IMG/VR virus record: IMGVR_UViG_3300015370_001134
Coordinates: 6,521-70,520 of that record
Direction: 5' to 3' (one strand)
Length of the DNA stretch: 64,000 bases
From: a virus
Taxonomy: Duplodnaviria; Caudoviricetes
Positions within the stretch are counted from its first letter, which is position 1; each line of letters opens with the position of its first letter. Of this stretch, positions 56,965 to 64,000 are shown piece after piece. Both the position numbers and the translations under genes were made by a program. The notes beneath the pieces are model-generated. The model searched no databases, was not told the DNA's origin, and was given only the letters and a program-made list of their open reading frames with translations.

Positions 56965-57741
56965 TCAACAAAACCTGCATTCAGGCTCTTTAAGAATCTT
57001 TTTGTTAAAATCAATAAATGGACCGTGAAAATGAACCTGTTTGAAATTCCAATCTCTTTGCCGCCGCATTATAAGGGTATCAACCGCATAGCTGACTATT
57101 CCACCCATCACTTTGTTGATATCAATAGTTGCCCCCGCACACTTACGTGCAGGTCTTCCGTTCTGATCACCAAAGAGACAACCAAAACATGCTCCGCCTT
57201 TCTCTTGCACAAATACATAACCGCTGTCTGCTTCAGGGTTAACTGCTGTAAAAATTACAGGTTTATCTTTGAATTTTTCAGAGCAATAAAACCGAGTTTC
57301 GCTATTATCAACACCAACGATGACAATATCAGAATCAAAACATTTCTTTTGATCAACTGCTTCCTGAATCATCAACGACACACCGCGGATTATAGATTTG
57401 CCTGTTGCCATTTGTGATAGATTTTCTGACAACTGACCTGCTTTAGGTTTGTATAAATCCTTTCTAAAATAATGCTGCCGGGACAGGTTTGTAATGTCAA
57501 CTCGGTCGCTATCATAGATATTGAGTTCTCCAATACCTTTCCTTACCAATGCGATACCTGTTTCTGATCCGAGCCCACCTGCACCAATAAGGTTGATGCG
57601 TGTTTTTTCAAGTGCTCTCTGATTAAATCCTTTGAGCAGACTGTGCCTATTGTGGACATCGTGCTCATTACAATGAGTTCCGGTTATTTTTTCTGTCTCA
57701 TAGATTACAAGTGTTTTCGAGCTGGTAAAGATGTCTGTCAT
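56965..57741 (-). CDS. bilD: ThiF/E1-like Ubl-activating enzyme (BilD-like)
   Basis: LIGAGGLGSE, DSDRVDITNLSRQ, VGVDN, ACFGC, candidate catalytic Cys in RKCAG, C-terminal CRFC. Confidence 0.8.
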   Translation of the reverse strand: MTDIFTSSKTLVIYETEKITGTHCNEHDVHNRHSLLKGFNQRALEKTRINLIGAGGLGSETGIALVRKGIGELNIYDSDRVDITNLSRQHYFRKDLYKPKAGQLSENLSQMATGKSIIRGVSLMIQEAVDQKKCFDSDIVIVGVDNSETRFYCSEKFKDKPVIFTAVNPEADSGYVFVQEKGGACFGCLFGDQNGRPARKCAGATIDINKVMGGIVSYAVDTLIMRRQRDWNFKQVHFHGPFIDFNKKILKEPECRFC

Positions 57742-58309
57742 GTTTTTTTACCCCTTTTCCAACAATTTCGATATTAATCCCAAGCTCTTTTGAAAAGAAC
57801 CTGAAAAATCCATCCCTACTGAAAATAGCACCAATAGCCTTCATACCAACTTTTTCTCTTCGCATTTGATCATTTATATCAGTCACTGAAGGACGTATTG
57901 ATTCGGGCCCTTTTCCCGGATGTATATGAAATACACCCGTGAGCAGACCGCCATATGTGTCTATTTTCATAAGAGTCTTGTATGTTGAAATGAGATTGGA
58001 ACGTGCATAGACAGAAGTTTGTGTATCGTGCTGGAGATATTCCATTCTTTCCATTATAATTAAATTTTCATCAAGTTGAATACCACTTATATCAACTAAT
58101 GATTCATTGCACCTGTCCCGGTTCAGATAATGGAAACATTCATAAACCAACCTTGAAGAAATCACATATTTATAATCAAGACGCTTAAGTGGTATATCTT
58201 TTTCTATAATATCGCCCCATAGGTAATTTATAGCAGACCTATATACTTTCATGAACGTAGGCGTATTCTTTTGAAAAACCACTGATACTCTTGCAGACCA
58301 ATCAGGCAT
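57698..58309 (-). CDS. bilC: JAB/MPN peptidase (BilC-like)
   Basis: NESLV (E)...FHIHP (HxH)...PSVTD (S..D). Confidence 0.8.
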   Translation of the reverse strand: MPDWSARVSVVFQKNTPTFMKVYRSAINYLWGDIIEKDIPLKRLDYKYVISSRLVYECFHYLNRDRCNESLVDISGIQLDENLIIMERMEYLQHDTQTSVYARSNLISTYKTLMKIDTYGGLLTGVFHIHPGKGPESIRPSVTDINDQMRREKVGMKAIGAIFSRDGFFRFFSKELGINIEIVGKGVKKHDRHLYQLENTCNL

Positions 58310-58324
58310 GTTCGCTCCTTTTAT

Positions 58325-58861
58325 CTAACAAAACCAAAATGCTTCTGTAATTAGTCTCTGCACGTTGAGGATAGCGTCATCCAAGCCGTTAATCCGTTTG
58401 AGGAAGTGCACAAGATACCACCCATCACCTTGATGCATAAAACATCCCCAATGCTTATGGCTCTTTAGAAATGATGGTGGGTTTTTTATATAAACCTTTG
58501 CCTCATATGGCCCACTTCTGACAGCACCTTCCCATTGCAATATTTCATTGTGTTTTTTATTGTAAAACTTATAGTGGCCAATAGAGTAATTTGGATTCTG
58601 TGCATTGATCACCCATCCAGCTTTCTGCCACAAAGGGACAAAGGTTGCTCCTGATCCTGTTCGGTATGACCGTCGAATCTTTACAAATTGCGATCGCTTA
58701 CTATTGTCTGAATATGTTTCTGTTTTTTGTGCCAAGGGTGGTGAGGTGGTGCGTGGCGAAGTTTGCTCGTGAGAAGAAACACGATGAACTACTGGTGGTT
58801 CTGCACTATTAAAGACGGTAAAGATACGATTTAAAATCAAATCAAATAATCCCATGTCCAC
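58325..58861 (-). CDS. bilB: E2-like conjugating enzyme (BilB-like)
   Basis: YIKNPP...HKHWGCF...WYLVHF...ILNVQRLITEA; position between Ubl and JAB. Confidence 0.65.
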   Translation of the reverse strand: MDMGLFDLILNRIFTVFNSAEPPVVHRVSSHEQTSPRTTSPPLAQKTETYSDNSKRSQFVKIRRSYRTGSGATFVPLWQKAGWVINAQNPNYSIGHYKFYNKKHNEILQWEGAVRSGPYEAKVYIKNPPSFLKSHKHWGCFMHQGDGWYLVHFLKRINGLDDAILNVQRLITEAFWFC

Positions 58862-58882
58862 ACCTCCTGTATTGAAATCCTA

Positions 58883-59137
58883 TTAGAACTTATTCCCCGG
58901 TATGCCGACATCCTGATACGAAGCGGCATAAAGCTGAGAACCTGGCCGAACCTTTTCATACAAATCGACATCTTCTTTGAACGGTAGGGAATCCCATTCT
59001 TTAAAGATAGCGCAGTCATCGAATTCAGGATTTTTAGCTTTAAGTGACCTTACAGTGTCTCCAGGACGAATAACAACTTCACGGCAGACCCCTTCTCCTG
59101 CACCTGGAATTCCAAGTTTCACCAGTTTATTTTCCAT
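58883..59137 (-). CDS. bilA: Ubiquitin-like beta-grasp protein (BilA-like) with a short C-terminal tail
   Basis: 84 aa, REVVIRPGDTV...DLYEKVRPGSQLYA, ends DVG-IPGNKF; AGGAGG RBS. Confidence 0.7.
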   Translation of the reverse strand: MENKLVKLGIPGAGEGVCREVVIRPGDTVRSLKAKNPEFDDCAIFKEWDSLPFKEDVDLYEKVRPGSQLYAASYQDVGIPGNKF

Positions 59138-59264
59138 GTACCGTTCCTCCTTTTCGAAATAAGTTATTTCTAATCCAACTTAAGGCAACTTCTATGTCAG
59201 TTAACAAAACTGACACAGTCGGATTGGGCCATTTAGCAAGCCTTTCCACAACGGCTTTAAAAGG

Positions 59265-59293
59265 ATTATATCAAATCAGCTATCTTGTCTGAA
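59265..59293 (-). promoter_or_regulatory. sigma70-type promoter for the Bil operon
   Basis: TTCAGA-N17-TATAAT on the minus strand. Confidence 0.5.
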
Positions 59294-59433
59294 TTTCAAA
59301 AAATAATCGAAGCCACATTACTCGCCAAGCAGTAAAAAGAGACCAGGATAGTTCCCACTCTCCTGATTTTTCTAAAAGTTAAACTGAGATTTAGGCAGTC
59401 AGGGAACTCTCCGGCCAGATCCAAGTCGAGAAA

Positions 59434-59772
59434 TCAATGATACTCTTTAAAACCTATTATTCCCCTATTATGGCGATGTTTCCGGTTATAATTTTCTACC
59501 GCAGCCGCCAGATTCATGCCCTCACCTATAAAAAATGGAGCATATTTTTGAGAAGACATCCAAACTTCACCTCCCTTAATGAATATTCGCTTCAGATATT
59601 GCTCCCCTTTTCTGGGGTAAACAGCAGCCATTTCATAATCTTCAAAGGTTACCACTCCTATGATAGGTTGGCTATTAATGGAATACGCCTCTTTCAGACT
59701 TTTCTTTTTGTTGAGAAAGTCAAACATCAACTGGTTTCTTTTTTCTTTATTATTTTTCTGTATGGCGTTCAT
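59434..59772 (-). CDS. Hypothetical protein (112 aa)
   Basis: AAGGAG RBS; preceded by a sigma54 motif. Confidence 0.6.
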   Translation of the reverse strand: MNAIQKNNKEKRNQLMFDFLNKKKSLKEAYSINSQPIIGVVTFEDYEMAAVYPRKGEQYLKRIFIKGGEVWMSSQKYAPFFIGEGMNLAAAVENYNRKHRHNRGIIGFKEYH

Positions 59773-59830
59773 ATCATCAATCTCCTTATGGCTGAATTAA
59801 TAAAAAATTTGTGCTATATGAAGTCTATTT

Positions 59831-59846
59831 TGCAATCCCCATGCCA
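59831..59846 (-). promoter_or_regulatory. sigma54 (-24/-12) promoter
   Basis: TGGCATGGGGATTGCA, near-perfect consensus, about 60 bp upstream of ATG 59772. Confidence 0.7.
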
Positions 59847-60257
59847 ATTACTGTCCCTGTGTTATATTTTCCTTGAGTCGTGTAAAACCAACATACATAA
59901 CTAATTGATTTATAATAAAATATTAATCAATCAATATTCAAATACTAACTTGTAGTCGTTTATATCTCATTATTTAGACCCCAATAATTGTCAAATTCTT
60001 TGCCGAAAAATATGCGATATAATAAATTTTTTTGTATATAAATAATTTTTCTTATGATAACAAAACTATATTCTCAGATAAACCAAAGATAATTTTTTAT
60101 ATTTTCCAAAGATTAGGCTCCCGATTGAAATAACAGAAAAAATGTTGCTTAAACCGTAATTTAGTTTTCCCTTAATTGACCATTTCTTTTAATAGTGATA
60201 CGAAAATTGATTATTGCAGGGCATCTACCTTTTGAAGAACTATGAGCGAGGCGAATC

Positions 60258-62054
60258 ATGGAAGCACGAAATAGAAAGATTGCTGAATGGTATGGAAAAA
60301 TACAACGTGGAGAAATCAAACTTCCAAGATTTCAACGTTATGAAGCCTGGGACAGGCATCGGATATGCAGCCTTATTGAAACAGTTATCCACAATTTACC
60401 TCTTGGGATAACCCTGATATTAGAAGTGGACATTAATGATGAGAAATTTATATCTCGTTTTTTAGAAACAGCCCCAGAAGCTAGCAACCGTGTTCTTGAA
60501 CATCTATTAGATGGACAGCAGAGGTTAACCGCCCTATGGAGAGCATTCCATAATAACTATGATTGGGAAACATACTTTATCTATATTAAAGAATTCGATA
60601 ACTATGACAAAGATGAAGAAAGAGAAGATATGACAGTTTTCTTCCGGGGACGCTATGTGAAAAAAAATGGGGACAAGTATCCATTATGGTGTGACAAACC
60701 CGCACAATGCTTACAGAGAGGATTCATTCCAACCCATCTTCTAAAACCGGAAGACATGCAAAATGAAATTGATGAATGGATCAATGAAGCAACTCAGCAA
60801 TTACGACCTAAGGATGATATCGAAAAATTAGAAAAGTTCTTAGAATTAAAAAAGTCTATCAGTGATAAAATTAAAGATTTAAGGTCTGTCGTGGCCAATT
60901 ATAATCTACCATATTTATCGTTGCCTTCACAAACAGACAAAAGTATTGCCCTGAATGTATTCATCAACATGAACACCAATAGCCAACCTCTCTCAACATA
61001 CGACATAATCGTTGCTGAAGTTGAGAGCGTCATGGGGAAGTCCTTACATGACCTTCAAAATGCAATGGATGAAGAAGATCCCAACATTGGAAGATATTCG
61101 GACCTTTCGGATATGATCCTGACCACATCCGCTTTGCTCCAAAATGCCCTCCCGAACCAGAGAGGGGCATGGGACATGGACAAACGCATTATGGTCGAAA
61201 AATGGGATGTCATGAAGCTTGGCTTAAAGCGCATGGTTGAGTTTTTGAACCGTGAAGGAATTTATGACCGGCAGCGCCTGCCAACCAATGCTGTTCTTGC
61301 AGTAATAGCAGCTCTATACGCCGATGTACCAGAATCAGGTGATAAACGAGGCCAGGACGAATTGTTACTTAAAAAGTATATATGGCATTCTTTTTTTACA
61401 GACCGATATGAAAACTCAGCAGCCACAAACGCTTTTGCGGATTTTGGTGTTCTGCGAAAAGTAATAAAAGGTGAAACAAAAGCTGATGGCAGCAAATTTA
61501 GTATTGAAGATATTCCAATTTTTAAAGATCATGACCTGGTAGAAACAGAAGAGCTACTTACTGCTGAATGGCCGAAACGGTCTACCATAAGGGGACGTGC
61601 TATTCTGGCTGTAGTATCCCGGTTAGGAGCTTTAGATTTTTCAACAGGTGAACGATTAGACCAAGCCAGTATTAACAAAAGGCACTATCACCATGTTTAT
61701 CCAGATGCGCTCCTTAAAGGAGCAGAAATAAATAGTTTTCTGGCCTTAAACTGTGCGCTCATCTCAGACAAAACCAATATTTCAATTGGGCGCAAAGATC
61801 CTCTCCATTACTTGAAAGACAGATATCACTGGACTTCAGAGGAGATTGTAAAAGAAAGGCTTCAATCCCATCTGATACCTATTGAAGAACTTGCCAATGG
61901 CGGTTACAAAGACATGTCAGATGAAGAAAAGGCTGAAAAACTCAAAACAGATTTTGACACCTTCATCCGCAAACGTGCTGAAATAGTAATGAAAGCGGCT
62001 AAACTACTCGCAGCGGGACGACAACTAAGTGCAGCTGAAATATTTGGGAATTAA
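60258..62054 (+). CDS. gmrSD: GmrSD-type (DUF262 + DUF1524/HNH) modification-dependent restriction nuclease
   Basis: LPRFQR, LLDGQQRLTAL, FINMNT (DUF262); C-terminal HHVYP...NCALISDKTN (HNH-like). Confidence 0.82.
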   Translation: MEARNRKIAEWYGKIQRGEIKLPRFQRYEAWDRHRICSLIETVIHNLPLGITLILEVDINDEKFISRFLETAPEASNRVLEHLLDGQQRLTALWRAFHNNYDWETYFIYIKEFDNYDKDEEREDMTVFFRGRYVKKNGDKYPLWCDKPAQCLQRGFIPTHLLKPEDMQNEIDEWINEATQQLRPKDDIEKLEKFLELKKSISDKIKDLRSVVANYNLPYLSLPSQTDKSIALNVFINMNTNSQPLSTYDIIVAEVESVMGKSLHDLQNAMDEEDPNIGRYSDLSDMILTTSALLQNALPNQRGAWDMDKRIMVEKWDVMKLGLKRMVEFLNREGIYDRQRLPTNAVLAVIAALYADVPESGDKRGQDELLLKKYIWHSFFTDRYENSAATNAFADFGVLRKVIKGETKADGSKFSIEDIPIFKDHDLVETEELLTAEWPKRSTIRGRAILAVVSRLGALDFSTGERLDQASINKRHYHHVYPDALLKGAEINSFLALNCALISDKTNISIGRKDPLHYLKDRYHWTSEEIVKERLQSHLIPIEELANGGYKDMSDEEKAEKLKTDFDTFIRKRAEIVMKAAKLLAAGRQLSAAEIFGN

Positions 62055-62332
62055 TTTATAGAAATCATTGCTTTTATGGCTCTGGTATTGATTAGCTTTT
62101 GTCCGGTAAGCAAGGCGGATATCTGCTGCGTTTGATCTCAGGAGCCCAACATATTTTGAGGAGGATTAGTGTGCTACCAAAAGACAAAATGCCAGAAGCC
62201 GAAGTCGTTTTGAGATTTGCTATGGCATTAATTACAAAGGGGTATAAAGAATCATCTCAGGGTGATTTCATCGAAGGTCAGTAATGATATCCATAGCGAC
62301 TGGAAAAATAATATTCTATAGGGATAAATAAA

Positions 62333-63217
62333 ATGAACCTACAATATTGGGACGCTCTTTGCCGGATGGCTGAAAAATCCGGTGAAGAGATTAATGGCGA
62401 AAAAATAACCGATATATTAAGCAGAGCTGCTCTGTTTTTATTGCCTAATAATAACTTCCCAGCTCCCTCAACAAAAGCTATCCAGCTTAATAAGATTGCT
62501 GAAACATTCAAGATCCCTTTCCCGGAACTTGCCATGATCTATGAGAATATAGGCTGTATTGTTTTAATAGCCCCTAAAGAAGCAGGCATAGAAAATGTTT
62601 GGCATAGTTTAGGATATTTCAAGGTTGAGGAAGAGAGTGAAGATTCCTTCGGTTTAGAGACATTAATAATCGTGCCCTTAAAAACGACCCTGCACAAAAC
62701 GGAATTAGGGCCCCAGCTCCAATATGATAAAAGCGCATTTAAAGGAATGAAACTTTATGCCAACTTGGGAGATGACTTTAAAACAATACCTGTAAATTAT
62801 GAAAAACCAGACATTGCTTCTGTGGATATTTACAAGCATCAGATACATAGATTCGACACAGCATTTCATGTTTTCACTATCCTGGAAGGAGATACAGAGA
62901 ATTTCATCCTGGAAACGACCCCGAAAAAAGTCCGTAAGCCAAAACCTGGAAAGGTCCCAAGATCCCATGAGCGCCCATATTATACGCTGCTCACCCCCAA
63001 AAAAATAAGGAAAAAGCTGAATTTAGAGGACCCAACCTCGGAAACCGGAAGTCATAGCAGCCCGGCTCCCCATGAGCGAAGAGGTCATTGGAGAACCTAT
63101 CGTGATGAGCGATACAAAAATATGCGGGGCAAAAGGCAGTGGATCGGGCCAGTTTGGATCGGGGCTTCTGAGGCCAAGGTAGGGAATAAGATCTATAAAG
63201 TTAGATTAGATCTTTAA
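62333..63217 (+). CDS. Hypothetical protein with C-terminal PHxRRGHWR motif
   Basis: SPAPHERRGHWR...WIGPVWIG basic C-terminus. Confidence 0.7.
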   Translation: MNLQYWDALCRMAEKSGEEINGEKITDILSRAALFLLPNNNFPAPSTKAIQLNKIAETFKIPFPELAMIYENIGCIVLIAPKEAGIENVWHSLGYFKVEEESEDSFGLETLIIVPLKTTLHKTELGPQLQYDKSAFKGMKLYANLGDDFKTIPVNYEKPDIASVDIYKHQIHRFDTAFHVFTILEGDTENFILETTPKKVRKPKPGKVPRSHERPYYTLLTPKKIRKKLNLEDPTSETGSHSSPAPHERRGHWRTYRDERYKNMRGKRQWIGPVWIGASEAKVGNKIYKVRLDL

Positions 63218-63363
63218 AAATATTTTGACATTATCGTTGGGTTTCAGCCAAACTTATTGGTGATGGTCCTTTATCATCTATAAAATTAAAGAGTTACCTT
63301 TATACATTGAATCAAAACTATCTGACAGTTTCTGTCAGATTAAATCACGATTTAGACAATTAT

Positions 63364-63392
63364 CCCGAGCCCCTCCTGTCAAAGGGCTCGGG
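63364..63392. terminator. Hairpin terminator between convergent genes
   Basis: CCCGAGCCC...GGGCTCGGG 9-bp stem followed by AATTTTT. Confidence 0.65.
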
Positions 63393-63409
63393 AATTTTTA
63401 CTGTTTGCG

Positions 63410-64000
63410 TCAGGCTACCTTTCCGAACCTTTTAGCCAATCTAATAAGAACCGGATGGTCAACACTCTCGATCAAGTAGTCACCAAAGCAGAGTTCTATG
63501 ATGCATTCGTAACAATAATCAAACGGATCAGGATCAGGCAAATTAAATTCTGGCGGTACTGAACCATAATCCCCATATGGTAACACCACCCATTCTTTTG
63601 TGGATCGTTCCAAAAAGACATCCATTGTCTCACCCCAAATATTTACTGTATTATCAAAATGATCATCTAAGAACAGGACCTGGAGATCCCCAAATTGATC
63701 TTTAAACATTGGGATTCTTATCAAAGAATATATATGGGGATCTATTTCTAACTCAGGATGCAGAATATAAGGGGTGCTGTCCACATCTACAGCCACCTTA
63801 AAAATTTCTCCTGTGTAACCGTCAAAAGATCTGAGAATCATACTTCTTGTGATTTCATCATTATAATTAACTTTCAGATCATGCGGTTCCGGACTTATAG
63901 TGTCTTCAATTGATACATTCTGTCCCACCGCTTTTCTGTTATTATTTTTTTCATCAAACCTCTGCCGATTGCCCTTGTGGGTCTTAGTCGTTTTTTTCAT
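63410..64000 (-). CDS. Replication-module hypothetical protein (paralog 2)
   Basis: Shares ILRSF.GYTGE, DQFG.LQ, WGET, ERSTKEWVVLP, DHPVL and GKVA blocks with 54351-54947. Confidence 0.7.
   Translation of the reverse strand: MKKTTKTHKGNRQRFDEKNNNRKAVGQNVSIEDTISPEPHDLKVNYNDEITRSMILRSFDGYTGEIFKVAVDVDSTPYILHPELEIDPHIYSLIRIPMFKDQFGDLQVLFLDDHFDNTVNIWGETMDVFLERSTKEWVVLPYGDYGSVPPEFNLPDPDPFDYCYECIIELCFGDYLIESVDHPVLIRLAKRFGKVA

Noticed and set aside
59184-59199. sigma54-like motif TGACATAGAAGTTGCC before bilA
   Set aside because: The invariant -24 GG is replaced by GA, it lies inside a hairpin, and a sigma70 promoter explains the region.
59140-59260. c-di-GMP-I or other known riboswitch upstream of Bil
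   Set aside because: Contains AAAGCC and GTTGCC fragments but lacks the GGCAAA..GAAA..GACGCAAA core in order; kept only as an unclassified structured leader.
1-64000. CRISPR array, tRNA or rRNA genes
   Set aside because: No regularly spaced repeat-spacer series and no tRNA-like T-loop/CCA pattern were seen in the intergenic regions read.

Overview
The window has three blocks. (1) 1-~28118: the structural-to-immunity part of a Mu-like transposable prophage with siphovirus-type morphogenesis (no tail sheath seen). It contains lambda-like tail-tip genes, tape measure, a tail chaperone with a -1 slippery site, Mu-type head genes, terminase, an M15 endolysin, mor, gemA, MuB/MuA, a repressor and AT-rich morons. 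Its other end lies left of the window. The visible end appears to cut the last codons of a host HNH gene. (2) ~28113-43045: an AT-rich minus-strand defence operon. A CARF/RtcR-like sigma54 activator is followed by a -24/-12 promoter, then GIY-YIG/DUF4357, a 1240-aa RT-nitrilase (DRT1/UG1-like), type I RM (hsdR, hsdM with an extra coiled-coil, hsdS with an extra C-terminal domain) and a PtuA/PtuB-like ABC-ATPase + HNH pair. (3) ~43150-64000: mobile-element accessory genes (radC etc.), a P4-type tyrosine integrase, a primase/helicase module, a 5x cold-shock-domain-DUF3825 protein, a four-gene Bil (Ubl-E2-JAB-E1) operon, a GmrSD-type nuclease and a duplicated replication-associated gene. Four sigma54-type promoter motifs lie in intergenic positions of the island, and one of them drives a predicted 16-aa peptide transcript. 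The best candidate for an undescribed system is the CARF-sigma54-controlled RT-nitrilase/type I RM/ATPase-HNH operon. All family assignments come from motif recognition by eye; no database searches were run.
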